64,000 nt of DNA from an uncultured Gammaproteobacteria bacterium. GTDB taxonomy: Bacteria; Patescibacteriota; Microgenomatia; Levybacterales; UBA12049. The notes below the pieces were generated by a model that saw only the letters and a program-made list of their open reading frames with translations, ran no database searches and was not told where the DNA came from. Numbering within the stretch: position 1 is the stretch's first letter; each line of letters begins with the position of its first letter. Made by a program: the position numbers and the translations under genes. Location: contig CAYYSJ010000007.1 in assembly GCA_964474445.1 (NCBI GenBank), forward strand, positions 3,112 to 67,111, given 5' to 3'. Shown here one piece after another: positions 10,535 to 21,203 of the stretch.

Positions 10535-12106
10535 ATGAAGAACAAAATATATAAACTATTATTGAAAAGAAAAGAGGAATTCCTTCTTATTTGCATTGCG
10601 TTCATTTTTGCAGTTGCTAGTAGTGTGTTCTTTTTTATCCAAGGCGATATTTTAGCCTATGGAGACGCTGAATCTCATATTAATATTGCTAAGCGTGTCG
10701 TTGACAGCCTCACACCAGGTCTTGCTCAATTGGGTGGTATCTGGCTGCCACTTCCGCATGTTCTGATGTTACCTTTTGTCTATTTTAATATTCTTTGGCG
10801 AACTGGAATTGCAGGATCGATCGTTGGCGGAATATGTTATATAGGCGCAGCTCTCTATTTGTATAAACTTACCTTTTTGTTAACAAAAAATAAAGCTGCT
10901 TCCTTGCTCTCCTTTTTTGTTTTCGTCCTTAATCCAAACGTCTTGTATCTACAATCTACTCCAATGAGTGAATTACCCTTGATTGCATTTTTTGTTCTTT
11001 CAACCTACTACTTTATCCATTTCATTCAGGACGATAAGAGACTTTTTTCACTTATTCTATCTGCATTTTTTGCGTTTTGTGCAAGCTTGTCTCGTTATGA
11101 TGGATGGTTTCTAGTTGGGTTTGAAACCATCGCTCTTTTTCTTTTTTACATCCCTAAAAAACTTTTTCAACAACTAGAAGGGAAAACTGTTTTATTCGTA
11201 ACGCTTGCATTTTTCGGAATAGTCCTTTGGTTACTGTGGGACTTTTTAATTCTTGGTGATCCCTTCTATTTTAGTAATAGTCCATTCTCGGCAAAATCGC
11301 AGCAACAAGCATGGTTTACACGGGGAGAGCTTCCTACCTATAAGCATATGTTTCTCTCATTTGCCTACTATTTTGTAACATCCTTACATAATATTGGTTT
11401 ACTCATTTTCATTCCTACATTAGTGGGATTTATAATTTTTTTATTTCATAAAAAATATTCAAATAAAATCATCATTGTACTACTCCTTACTGTTCCTTTT
11501 ATTTTTTATTGGACGACGCTGTATTTAGGACAATCTGTTATCTTCATTCCAGACTTAACACCAACAACGTTTCATTGGAGGCTATTTAATGTGAGATATG
11601 GTGTTATGATGGTACCGTTTGCTGCGATTTTCTTAGGATATTTATTCACAAAAAAAATACGTCTTTTACAAGGCTTCCTCGTTGTCTGTTTGTTGCTCCA
11701 ATCATTACTTTTCTTTACGGGAAAAGATTCTATCATTTCATTGGAAGACGGAGTTTCTGGTTTATCAGCTGCAAAAAAAGTTGATGCTAGTTTATGGATG
11801 GAGCGTCATTATGATAGAGGTCTTATCCTTTTAGATGATTATGCGAGGACACTCAGTGTTATCAAAAGTGGGCTGCCTATTGAAGACGTTATTTATATCG
11901 GAAATAAACCCTATTGGGAAAATACATTACGAGAACCTGAGAAATATGCAACATGGATTGTTTTGCAAAAAGATGATGCTGTATGGAAAAAACTCTATCA
12001 AGATACAAACCAACGTGGCAGACTATTTAAATACTTCCAAAAAGTGTACACCTCTCCTGAAATTCTTATTTTCAAACGTAATCCTTCCATTGTTGCTTCT
12101 CGCTAA
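10535..12106 (+). CDS. Polytopic GT-C glycosyltransferase (PMT/ArnT, GT39-like)
   Basis: YGDAESH first-loop acidic motif, WLPLPH, SRYDGW, many TMs. Confidence 0.75.
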   Translation: MKNKIYKLLLKRKEEFLLICIAFIFAVASSVFFFIQGDILAYGDAESHINIAKRVVDSLTPGLAQLGGIWLPLPHVLMLPFVYFNILWRTGIAGSIVGGICYIGAALYLYKLTFLLTKNKAASLLSFFVFVLNPNVLYLQSTPMSELPLIAFFVLSTYYFIHFIQDDKRLFSLILSAFFAFCASLSRYDGWFLVGFETIALFLFYIPKKLFQQLEGKTVLFVTLAFFGIVLWLLWDFLILGDPFYFSNSPFSAKSQQQAWFTRGELPTYKHMFLSFAYYFVTSLHNIGLLIFIPTLVGFIIFLFHKKYSNKIIIVLLLTVPFIFYWTTLYLGQSVIFIPDLTPTTFHWRLFNVRYGVMMVPFAAIFLGYLFTKKIRLLQGFLVVCLLLQSLLFFTGKDSIISLEDGVSGLSAAKKVDASLWMERHYDRGLILLDDYARTLSVIKSGLPIEDVIYIGNKPYWENTLREPEKYATWIVLQKDDAVWKKLYQDTNQRGRLFKYFQKVYTSPEILIFKRNPSIVASR

Positions 12107-12227
12107 ACTAAACACTATCCAGTTACATGGATAAAACTCGACAACCTATCTTGCTCAACTATTACAGACTCTTACACGAAGTCTTAAACATACAAATTAG
12201 AGTAAAAGAAGAGAGGAGGTGTCTTGT

Positions 12228-12380
12228 ATGCTTAAGTCATCTATTATTATCATGAGTATCCTTGTATTTGCGCTTCTTATTATGCAAGGAGTTCGTGCAC
12301 AATCGCCATCAACAACAAATAATCCAACACCGACAAGAATGGTACCAAGTGGTGCTCCTTCTACAGGATTTGGAGACTAA
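12228..12380 (+). CDS. 50-aa secreted peptide with C-terminal sortase-type motif (not in ORF track)
   Basis: GAGGAGGTG RBS; MLKSSIIIMSILVFALLIMQGVRA|QSPSTTNNPTPTRMVPSGAPSTGFGD; directly upstream of a sortase gene. Confidence 0.8.
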   Translation: MLKSSIIIMSILVFALLIMQGVRAQSPSTTNNPTPTRMVPSGAPSTGFGD

Positions 12381-12395
12381 CACAATTTGCTTTAT

Positions 12396-12437
12396 GGGAG
12401 AGAATGATGTAGAGTAATTACTCACTTACTCTCTCCC
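12396..12437 (+). terminator. Stem-loop between the peptide gene and the sortase gene
   Basis: GGGAGAGA...TCTCTCCC arms enclosing the palindrome GAGTAATTACTC, followed by TTT. Confidence 0.55.
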
Positions 12438-12443
12438 TTTATT

Positions 12444-13013
12444 ATGAAAAAGTGGATTATTGTCGTAGTATTTTTCATCATTCTATTGATTAGTTCCATT
12501 TTTTATTATAAGTCACAAAAAACTACTTTCTCATTTAACTCACAATTTTCTCCTACACCCATAAAAGAAATCGTTGGCATTCCAATACTCCTCACCATTC
12601 CACGATTTCACATAAGCGTAAAAATAGAATCCGTGGGACTAGATAGTAAAAACAGAATGGATATACCAAAAGATTTTACCAATGTCGCCTGGTATAATTT
12701 GGGGTTTAAACCAGGGGAAAAAGGAAGTGCAGTTATTGATGGACATGTAGATACACCAACAGGAGCACCTGCTGTCTTTGCACAAATTTCTACTCTTCAA
12801 AAAGGTGACATTATTTCAATTCAAGACTCGTCTAGTAAAACACATTCCTTCACTGTAACAAATGTTATTACCTATCCTTATAACCAACTACCTCTTCAAA
12901 CTATTTTTAATAGTATAGATAAACCACGACTTAACTTGATAACATGTGCGGGAATCTGGGATAGCGTGAATAAAAACTATTCAGAAAGAACTGTTGTCTT
13001 TGCAGAAGAGTAA
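12444..13013 (+). CDS. Class F sortase
   Basis: N-terminal TM; VAWY..G.KPGEKGSAVIDGHVD, LNLITC, Y..R catalytic triad motifs. Confidence 0.92.
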   Translation: MKKWIIVVVFFIILLISSIFYYKSQKTTFSFNSQFSPTPIKEIVGIPILLTIPRFHISVKIESVGLDSKNRMDIPKDFTNVAWYNLGFKPGEKGSAVIDGHVDTPTGAPAVFAQISTLQKGDIISIQDSSSKTHSFTVTNVITYPYNQLPLQTIFNSIDKPRLNLITCAGIWDSVNKNYSERTVVFAEE

Positions 13014-13020
13014 ACTTATT

Positions 13021-14031
13021 TTATTGTTCTATTGCTACATTGCTTACCACTTTGTTTGTCATATTCTTTTTGAGAACAGTAATCATCATAAGAATTACCA
13101 GGCTTACCAGCACTACGACAAATATTTCTAAAACATAAAACTTCCTTAGTCTTGTTGATTCCAAAAAATCTAATACAATGTAGTGAATAAAAAATAATGA
13201 GTAGGAATTTTTGCTAATGTGCTGTAAAAATTTTTGAATACTTTGAGGAAAAGAGAGCGAAGAAAAGAGTGAACTAAAAAACATCGTACAAACGATTCCA
13301 AATGAAAGATAATATAGCGTTGGTGGATATTTATTATCGTAAAAAAGAAGTGATTTATGAAAAAAGGTATAAAAAATATATATTCCACTAAAAATACCTA
13401 CACAGAAAAGAAAAAGTATTCTTTTATAAACCTCTCTTTGTTTTGAATAATACAAGCCAAGGAGAAAAATTAATGACCAAGGAATCCACATAACATATCG
13501 ATATAAGACATATGGAAAGGTGAAAATTGTAAAGAAACTTGTTATACAAAGAGCAAACAATATGTATAACCAAAGATATTTTACTCTTTGCAAGAAAAAC
13601 AAGAGTGGAGTAAGCACTGTTAATTCAATAAAAATAAGAGGCAGCCAATTCGTATTGGTACCACTAAACAGTGTTAATGACATAAGAAAAAACGTTATGT
13701 TTTTTTGCAGGCCAAAATGGGTGAAAAATCTAGGGAAAACAAAAAAAAGTGAAAAATGAATAACGAAATATACAAGAAATGGTAGGTACAATCGTCCTAA
13801 CCGTTTCTTATACCAAGAATAAATAGCTTGTGTATTCACAAAAGCGCTTTCATAATGAGCGGCTACAAGTCCTGAACAAAAAATAAATGCAACAACAACA
13901 AATTGCAATATATTCCAGAAAAATATAGTGGTTGTACTCGTTAGATGAAATGAAAGTGTATGAATGATCACGACTCCAAGAAGAGAAAAGGCACGAAGAG
14001 TATCAACAAATGCTATTCTATTTTTGTTCAT
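13021..14031 (-). CDS. Acyltransferase family 3 (OafA-like) membrane protein
   Basis: RIAFVDTLRA..GVVIIH, F..SG, SYSLFFIH. Confidence 0.85.
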   Translation of the reverse strand: MNKNRIAFVDTLRAFSLLGVVIIHTLSFHLTSTTTIFFWNILQFVVVAFIFCSGLVAAHYESAFVNTQAIYSWYKKRLGRLYLPFLVYFVIHFSLFFVFPRFFTHFGLQKNITFFLMSLTLFSGTNTNWLPLIFIELTVLTPLLFFLQRVKYLWLYILFALCITSFFTIFTFPYVLYRYVMWIPWSLIFLLGLYYSKQREVYKRILFLFCVGIFSGIYIFYTFFHKSLLFYDNKYPPTLYYLSFGIVCTMFFSSLFSSLSFPQSIQKFLQHISKNSYSLFFIHYIVLDFLESTRLRKFYVLEIFVVVLVSLVILMMITVLKKNMTNKVVSNVAIEQ

Positions 14032-15223
14032 AAAATTTCTTCCCTTTTAGTTTATCAGGAAGAAATGATTTCTGATCAACAGGTCCAACATACTCTTCAC
14101 TCCACGTGTAATTCTTCCCATATCCAATCTCTTTCATAAACTTTGTAGGAGCATTGCGAAGATGAAGTGGGACAGGCTCTATTGGATACGCAAAAACTGC
14201 TTCTTGAGCCTTCCCTAATGCATTTGCAACAGCTCGAGATTTGGGAGCTCGTGCTAAATAAATGGTTATATGAGAAAGAATTAATTTTGCCTCAGGCATG
14301 CCGATTTTGTCAACAGCTTCAAAAGCCGAGTTTGCCTGAATAAGTGCTCCTCTATCTGCCATACCGATATCTTCTGATGCAAAGATAATCATGCGCCGAG
14401 CAATAAATGTCGGATCTTCTCCATTCTCAAGCATTCGGAGTAAATAATATAATGCAGCATCAGTATCAGATCCTCGAAGCGATTTGATGTATGCGCTAAT
14501 CAGGTTGTAATGTTCCTCTCCTTTTTTGTCATATAATGTGTTTGCTCTTTTTTGAAAAATTTCTTCAATAATGTTTTTTGTAATCTCTTTCTCTCTATAC
14601 CCTGTTACAGCAATTTCAAGTCCATTAAGAACAACTCTTCCATCTCCTCCTGCAAAAAGAATAAGGGCACCAATAGCATCTTCTTGGATTGTTTTTTTGT
14701 ATTTGCCTAGACCATACTCACCATTTGTCAGTGCTTTTTGAATCAATTTCTCCAAATCCTTTTTTTCTAGTTGCTGTAAGACAAATACCCGACACCTGGA
14801 CAAAAGAGCACTGTTAATCTCAAAAGAGGGATTTTCAGTTGTTGCCCCAATAAGAGTGATGAGGCCATTTTCAACAAAAGGAAGTAACACATCCTGCTGT
14901 GCTTTATTCCAACGGTGCACTTCATCTATAAATAGTATTGTCTTCTTCCCATCACTTTTGTTCTTTTCTGCCTGCTTTACAATTTGTTTGAGATCTTCTT
15001 TTCCAGCAGTAACACCAGAAAGTTGATAGAATTCTGAATGCGTTGCTTGAGCGATGATGTAGGCAAGCGTTGTTTTTCCAACACCTGGAGGACCCCAGAA
15101 GATCATTGAAAAAAGCTGATCTGATTCAATAAGGCTTCTGATAATTTTCCCTTTACCAACGAGATGCTCTTGGCCAATAAAATCATCAAGCGATTGAGGA
15201 CGCATTCGATATGCTAGATTCAT
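14018..15223 (-). CDS. rarA: Replication-associated recombination protein A (AAA+)
   Basis: RMRPQSL, GPPGVGKT, IGATTENP, ASEDIG, VPLHLRNAPT. Confidence 0.96.
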   Translation of the reverse strand: MNLAYRMRPQSLDDFIGQEHLVGKGKIIRSLIESDQLFSMIFWGPPGVGKTTLAYIIAQATHSEFYQLSGVTAGKEDLKQIVKQAEKNKSDGKKTILFIDEVHRWNKAQQDVLLPFVENGLITLIGATTENPSFEINSALLSRCRVFVLQQLEKKDLEKLIQKALTNGEYGLGKYKKTIQEDAIGALILFAGGDGRVVLNGLEIAVTGYREKEITKNIIEEIFQKRANTLYDKKGEEHYNLISAYIKSLRGSDTDAALYYLLRMLENGEDPTFIARRMIIFASEDIGMADRGALIQANSAFEAVDKIGMPEAKLILSHITIYLARAPKSRAVANALGKAQEAVFAYPIEPVPLHLRNAPTKFMKEIGYGKNYTWSEEYVGPVDQKSFLPDKLKGKKFYEQK

Positions 15224-16706
15224 GAAGGTATTGTAACATACCTTGTTGTGATGCAGAATGTTCTAACTCATCTCGTAAGAAATATGCTGCATGGAGGTAT
15301 GATATTTTTTGCTTGTAAGTTGAACATGTCCATCCAAATCCTCCTTGCTTTTTATAGTGGAAAAAATTTTGTCCATTAACACTATTTTCTTCTGTAATAG
15401 TATCTGTTGTTCCAGTTACACCATTGTATTTTTCAGGGAAGTTTTTATCTATTTCAAAAATATTTGTGAGTGTCTCTATAGAATCCTCCATAATTTTGAT
15501 TGCAGTATTCAAGAAAAGCAAACGATCTTCTTTAGGTAAGGTTTCATTAGCGGATGCATCTAATATCCCTTTAATTGCCATAAATTCAATAGGAGGAAAT
15601 ACATATGGAGCATCCCATTGCTTAGGCTTTAGCATTTTTTGAACAGCTTTTAAATTTCTCCTCATAACCCCGATTTCTTCAAATGATTTATTTTCTACAG
15701 GAGGCTGTAGAGATTCTTGCGCATCAACAATAAGCCCGTGCCCTTTATCAAATTTAGGCAAGTGAGCCAACATTCTTTTTAATTGTTCAGGCGTTGCAAG
15801 ACCAGACCATGCAGTAGCAAAAGCTGCAAGTGAATAAAAATCATCACGTTCTTTCTCTACATAATTAAAATCAAAGAAAAATCCTTTCTCGTCATCCCAC
15901 ATTAACTCATTTATTCTTTGTTTTCTCTTTTCTGCTTCCTGATTCCAATATTTTGCTTCCTCTACATTTCCAGTTATTTCAGCAGCCTTAGCAAAATCCA
16001 TTTCGTATTTATAAAGAAAACAGTTGAGATCAATAGGCAGATATTCTTCTGCTCTTCCAGCAAAACGGGATGTAAAATCCCACCCTGATTCTCGCTCAGC
16101 ATTCCAACCATACCCAGTATCTCTATCTCCATAACGAGATAAACCATATTCATCCACATAATGATGATATCTTCCAATGCCTTCTTCACCATCAGATCTA
16201 TTTGTCCAAACTAAAGAATATTCTTTTTTAGCTTCTTCTATTGCAGTCTGTAACCATTCTTTCTCTGCTGGTGTATCTTTATCAGGAATTGCTTGATATG
16301 TTTCCATAATCATTGATGAAAGAAGTGGAGCCTGAGAGCTAATCAGGAACGATTCAAGAGAAGCATTTGGAATAATATGATGATCATCCAATTCTTTACA
16401 GAGTGCTGCAATTGTAGACTTTGCTATATCAATATCATTCGGCGTATTAAGATTACCTTGCATCATAAAGTAACTATCCCAATAGAAAAGCAAAGGGAAT
16501 CTTTCTGTATTAGGAATGCGAAACCGTCTATCACCCAAACCAATTGCGCCTATTTCTGGAATATAGGCAGGCTGAGTACGAACAGTTTTTGCAGTAAATT
16601 CATCTACATAAGCAAGTGCATGTTGAATTCGAGGCGAATGCAAATCAAGCTTAGGGCGCCTTGTTAATTCTCTCCCACTAATTCTTTCTATTACCATAAG
16701 ATACAA
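15186..16706 (-). CDS. Alpha,alpha-trehalase (GH37)
   Basis: FYWDSYF, SQAPL, ESGWDF.SR, PIDLN, QWDAP, EKY, GFGWT. Confidence 0.9.
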   Translation of the reverse strand: MYLMVIERISGRELTRRPKLDLHSPRIQHALAYVDEFTAKTVRTQPAYIPEIGAIGLGDRRFRIPNTERFPLLFYWDSYFMMQGNLNTPNDIDIAKSTIAALCKELDDHHIIPNASLESFLISSQAPLLSSMIMETYQAIPDKDTPAEKEWLQTAIEEAKKEYSLVWTNRSDGEEGIGRYHHYVDEYGLSRYGDRDTGYGWNAERESGWDFTSRFAGRAEEYLPIDLNCFLYKYEMDFAKAAEITGNVEEAKYWNQEAEKRKQRINELMWDDEKGFFFDFNYVEKERDDFYSLAAFATAWSGLATPEQLKRMLAHLPKFDKGHGLIVDAQESLQPPVENKSFEEIGVMRRNLKAVQKMLKPKQWDAPYVFPPIEFMAIKGILDASANETLPKEDRLLFLNTAIKIMEDSIETLTNIFEIDKNFPEKYNGVTGTTDTITEENSVNGQNFFHYKKQGGFGWTCSTYKQKISYLHAAYFLRDELEHSASQQGMLQYLHESSISNASSIA

Positions 16707-16913
16707 AAAACAAGCATATTCCTATGCTTATTGTGTTACTTGACACAAAGCTGACAGAAATTGTACCTGCAAGCCTGTAGTTTTACAATGTATATCAGAT
16801 ACGTATTGCCATTGTGTATGAGAAACGGTATTAAATGCTGACCTGTCTAGTTGATGTCAAGTAGGCTGCACTCTGCCGCTGTACCATAACCATTACTAGT
16901 ACAGAACACATAT

Positions 16914-18599
16914 ATGGGTACTGAAATTCGATCACAATTGAAGCAAGTGAGGCAAGATTTACCTCACAATTTTCAGGTGCGTACATTTCCTAATAAGGTA
17001 GGTCTGGTAAATAGATTACGACTTTGGAAAGAGATGTCGCGTGAGATGAGGCATTTTAGAGGTGAGGTGTGGCATAAAGATGAGATATGGGCAAGTAACA
17101 GTGAGAATTATAGTTATGCTTTTTTTGGAAGAGATAGTCTTGAAGCCTCGGAAGATACCCTTCCCTTTGATACCACATTTGCAAGAGACACTATTCGCAA
17201 TTTAAGTAGACTGCAAGGCCGCTCATATAATGCTGTGACAGAAGAAGAACCAGGGAAAATTGTTCATGAATTCAGACAAAAAAGTAATACCCACCCACAA
17301 GCAACGCAGGAAATCTTTCAAAAACTCCATGATATGTGGGGGGAAAAAGGAACAGATTTTGTTAGTTATTACGGTAGTGCAGATGCAACGCCACTCTACA
17401 TACGACTTGTTGCAGATTATTGCCAACAGGTAGGCAATACCAACATTCTTGATGAAATAATAATCCAGAAAGATGGAAAAGAAAAATCAATTAGAGAAGT
17501 CTTATGGAACAGTTTGGAATGGTTACAACGACGCGTTGAAGATGGTCCTCTAGGACCTGATGGATTATCTACTGAGCCTCATCCTGACAAAAGAATAAAA
17601 CTTCTTGAATTTAAGCGAATGAATGAAAAAGGAATCGAAAATCCCATTTGGAAAGATTCTCTTACTTCCGTCATGCACCCAGACGGAACATTAGCAAATC
17701 ATGATTATCCTATTGCAACAATTGAGCTGCAAGGTTTAGCTTATGATGCATTAACAAAGGGAACAGAACTTTTTAAAGAAGACTATACAAAGGCTCAAGC
17801 GAGAGCTGGTATGCTCCTCACTGCCTCTGAGGTTCAACTGAATACGTTGACTCATTTTTGGATGCCTGAGCGGAATTATTTTGCCGTTGGGTTAGATAGA
17901 GACGATAATGGTAATTATAGACAAATACGAACTATAGAATCAAACCCAGCAGAACTTCTGAATACGACATTTTTTGATAAGCTCCCTGAGCATATGAGAC
18001 AACCGTATATCACAGGTATTGTTAATACAATTTATAGTAAGAACTTTTTAACAGACGTTGGAGTTAGATGCAGATCATTAGAATACACAGGTATGATAGA
18101 TTTCTGGGATTATCATGGAGTTCACGCTGTGTGGCCAAAAGAAACATATGATATTGCAAAAGGACTTTTGAAGCAAGGATTTCCTCAATTAGCAGAACAA
18201 CTTTTTTTTCGTATGAGAAACGGTATGAAAGTTGAAAACTCATTTGCCGAATTATTTTACGTTGACGATGATGGTTCTGTAGCTTATAAACCAAAAAAAT
18301 TACTCGACACAAATGCACAACACGGCAAGGTTATTGTCACAACATCTGTTCCTGAAGACAAACAAACATGGTCTTGGAGTGCATACATTGCAAGTGTCCT
18401 TAATAGAAGGATAAAACCAAACATACTATCTTGGCAATATAAACTTGAAGAGCAACTTCTTCTTGCAAATCCGTTAGTAGAACCTCTTTCATTTAGAAAA
18501 GCCAGAGCTCTTATGCGAAGAGCATACGTCATTGATCAGCAAACTGCATTTGATAGAGAAAGAGTGTTCAAAGGAAAACTGAGACGAACTGCAGATTAA
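16914..18599 (+). CDS. Second amylo-alpha-1,6-glucosidase-like hydrolase (paralog of 1258..3072)
   Basis: FGRDS, EEPGKIVHE, YYGSADATPL, WKDS, IELQG, DYHG. Confidence 0.8.
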   Translation: MGTEIRSQLKQVRQDLPHNFQVRTFPNKVGLVNRLRLWKEMSREMRHFRGEVWHKDEIWASNSENYSYAFFGRDSLEASEDTLPFDTTFARDTIRNLSRLQGRSYNAVTEEEPGKIVHEFRQKSNTHPQATQEIFQKLHDMWGEKGTDFVSYYGSADATPLYIRLVADYCQQVGNTNILDEIIIQKDGKEKSIREVLWNSLEWLQRRVEDGPLGPDGLSTEPHPDKRIKLLEFKRMNEKGIENPIWKDSLTSVMHPDGTLANHDYPIATIELQGLAYDALTKGTELFKEDYTKAQARAGMLLTASEVQLNTLTHFWMPERNYFAVGLDRDDNGNYRQIRTIESNPAELLNTTFFDKLPEHMRQPYITGIVNTIYSKNFLTDVGVRCRSLEYTGMIDFWDYHGVHAVWPKETYDIAKGLLKQGFPQLAEQLFFRMRNGMKVENSFAELFYVDDDGSVAYKPKKLLDTNAQHGKVIVTTSVPEDKQTWSWSAYIASVLNRRIKPNILSWQYKLEEQLLLANPLVEPLSFRKARALMRRAYVIDQQTAFDRERVFKGKLRRTAD

Positions 18600-19051
18600 A
18601 ACGTGTTATTTCTCTTCATATTTTGCAAAAATTCTTTCTGTTCTTCCACAATATTTTGAGGAAAATCGGAAAAAAACTTTATAGTGCTTGCTTGCTCATC
18701 AAGAATAAATTTTTTAGACGTAGAGTTGCACAAGAAAGCAAGACCAACAGGATGATCAAATCCTCCTCCTGCTTCTTGATTAAGATATTCAATATATCCT
18801 AAAAATTTTCTTACAGTAACATCAACTCCTAACTCTTCTTTTGCAATTCTTTTTACTGCACCTTCAAGTGATTCCTTAAAATAAACAGTCCCTCCTGGTA
18901 AATGCCATATGTTGGCAAAAGGAGGTATGCCACGCAAGGTAAAAAGTATACCCTCCTTATCCTGTATCACTACTTCTACTGTTAAACGTGGCACTTGAGA
19001 ATAAATCTTTTTGTATTCTTCAAATGTGAACTGTTTATTCATTTCGATCAA
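18596..19051 (-). CDS. NUDIX hydrolase
   Basis: Nudix box WHLPGG.V...ES...AVKRIAKEELG. Confidence 0.9.
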   Translation of the reverse strand: MIEMNKQFTFEEYKKIYSQVPRLTVEVVIQDKEGILFTLRGIPPFANIWHLPGGTVYFKESLEGAVKRIAKEELGVDVTVRKFLGYIEYLNQEAGGGFDHPVGLAFLCNSTSKKFILDEQASTIKFFSDFPQNIVEEQKEFLQNMKRNNTF

Positions 19052-19156
19052 TCATATCATATCAGCATAACAATGTTTCTCACTTATTATTGATCCTTTT
19101 CTCTAAGAAGTTTCATATTACTCCTTCAAACTGAGATTGCTTACTCCATTAGAATA

Positions 19157-20203
19157 ATGAGACAGATAAAACCAGTAAACAAAACAGTACGAAAAATTGC
19201 AATTTTTCGGGCTCTTCAATTAGGAGATATGCTTTGCAGTATTCCGTCATTTCGTGCACTCAGAGCATATTATCCGGATACCAAAATTACGCTCATAGGG
19301 CTTCCTTGGGCGAGGGATTTTGCACAAAGATTTCCTCACTATATTAACGAATTTTTTGCATTTCCAGGATATCCCTCTTTGCCGGAAAGAAAATTTAATC
19401 TTGAAGCATTTCCACGATTTTTACAAAAAGTGCAAGACGAACAATTTGATCTCGTTTTTCAAATGCATGGATTAGGTACAATAACGAATCCACTCATCAC
19501 ACTCTTTCATGCAAAACAGTCTGCCGGATTTTATATAAAAAATACCTATTGCCCTAACAAGAAAATGTTTTTTATCTATCCAGAAGAACTCCATGAAACA
19601 CATAAATATTTATTCTTACTTAAACAACTTGGGATTCCCTCTCAAGGGAACTATTTAGAATTTCCTATATCAAAAACCGAAGAGTATCAAACAACAATAC
19701 TCATGCAAACATATGGCATAAAAAAGAAGAAATATATTATGTTGCATCCAGGAGGAAGAGATAAGAAAAGACAAAATGGTGTTACACTCTTCTCTACACT
19801 TGCAAATGTTCTTACTCATCAAGGGTATACTGTTGTTCTGACAGGAACTGCAAACGAACAGACTCTTTGTAAACAAATACTCAAAGAAACCACTTCAAAA
19901 AATATCATTGACCTTTCTGGAAAAACACAGTTAGGCCAACTTGCGTATATCATACAACATGCTTCACTTCTTGTTTCTAACGATACCGGCGCATCTCATC
20001 TTGCTGACGCACTTCATACACCAAGTGTTATTCTTTTTACACCTTACTCAAATCAAAATCGTTGGGCACCCTTAAATACGCAGCTCCATATATCACTCGC
20101 CCCACCCTACTCTCTTGACCAGATACTGAATACTGCAACTGCACTACTTTATCATGATATGGCAAGTCGCGTATCTCCAAGAAAGGAGCACTATGCAAAC
20201 TAA
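19157..20203 (+). CDS. GT9 (heptosyltransferase-like) glycosyltransferase
   Basis: LGDML, HPGG, SNDTGASHLA. Confidence 0.92.
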   Translation: MRQIKPVNKTVRKIAIFRALQLGDMLCSIPSFRALRAYYPDTKITLIGLPWARDFAQRFPHYINEFFAFPGYPSLPERKFNLEAFPRFLQKVQDEQFDLVFQMHGLGTITNPLITLFHAKQSAGFYIKNTYCPNKKMFFIYPEELHETHKYLFLLKQLGIPSQGNYLEFPISKTEEYQTTILMQTYGIKKKKYIMLHPGGRDKKRQNGVTLFSTLANVLTHQGYTVVLTGTANEQTLCKQILKETTSKNIIDLSGKTQLGQLAYIIQHASLLVSNDTGASHLADALHTPSVILFTPYSNQNRWAPLNTQLHISLAPPYSLDQILNTATALLYHDMASRVSPRKEHYAN

Positions 20204-21203
20204 CAGACCTCGGATACTTACCTGGCATATTCATGGAAGTTATTTATATTACTTAACACAAACTGCATGCGAATTTTATATTCCGGTAAAAGAGGAACGA
20301 CCAGATCGCTATATTGGCTTGCCTGAAGGTGACTTCCCTTGGGGAGAGAATGCTCACGAAATTGCAGCTGAAAAAATAAAAGAGCTTGATTTTGATTGTA
20401 TCCTTTTTCAGTCTCAAGAAAATTATACCCAGGATCAGTATGAGGTTCTTTCAGCACAACAGCTTAGCCTGCCCAAAGTATATCTTGAGCATGATCCTCC
20501 TCGTGAAACACCGACAGATACCAAACACATTGTTGATGATCCAGATATCTTGCTAGTCCATGTCACGCATTTTAATAATGTATTTTGGGACAATAATCAA
20601 ACTCCGACAACTGTTATTGAACATGGTGTTTCCATTCCAAAAGATATCCAGTATGTGGGAAACTTGCGTAAAGGCATTGTTGTTGTTAATAACCTTCAGA
20701 CAAGAGGAAGAAGACTTGGACTCGATATTTTTGAATCAGTAAAAAAGCACATTCCAGTAGATATTATTGGTATAAACTCACAATATGTTGGAGGACTTGG
20801 GGAAATTTCTCATCAAAGACTTCCCTCATTTCTTGCTCACTATAGATTTTTCTTCCACCCCATCAGATATACCAGTTTAGGACTCGCCGCTTGTGAAGCA
20901 ATGATGATAGGACTTCCCATTGTTGGATTATCAACAACAGAGATGCCAGATGTGATTGAAAATGGTAAAGAAGGGTTTTTACACAACGATATCGCTACTT
21001 TAATACAACACATGCAAGAGTTACTCAATGATAAGGCATATGCGAAAAGATTGAGTCAAAATGCAAAGAATAAAGCATTGAAAAAGTTTCACATAAAGCG
21101 TTTTGTAGAAGATTGGGAAGATCTTTTTCAATCTGAAATACAAAAGCATAAGAGGAAAGCTCTACAACATACAATGAGAAAAAGTATAGGAGGAATTTTA
21201 TGA
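20154..21203 (+). CDS. GT4 glycosyltransferase (start probably at MQTNRP)
   Basis: ILTWHIHGSY, SLGLAACEAMMIGLP. Confidence 0.85.
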   Translation: MIWQVAYLQERSTMQTNRPRILTWHIHGSYLYYLTQTACEFYIPVKEERPDRYIGLPEGDFPWGENAHEIAAEKIKELDFDCILFQSQENYTQDQYEVLSAQQLSLPKVYLEHDPPRETPTDTKHIVDDPDILLVHVTHFNNVFWDNNQTPTTVIEHGVSIPKDIQYVGNLRKGIVVVNNLQTRGRRLGLDIFESVKKHIPVDIIGINSQYVGGLGEISHQRLPSFLAHYRFFFHPIRYTSLGLAACEAMMIGLPIVGLSTTEMPDVIENGKEGFLHNDIATLIQHMQELLNDKAYAKRLSQNAKNKALKKFHIKRFVEDWEDLFQSEIQKHKRKALQHTMRKSIGGIL

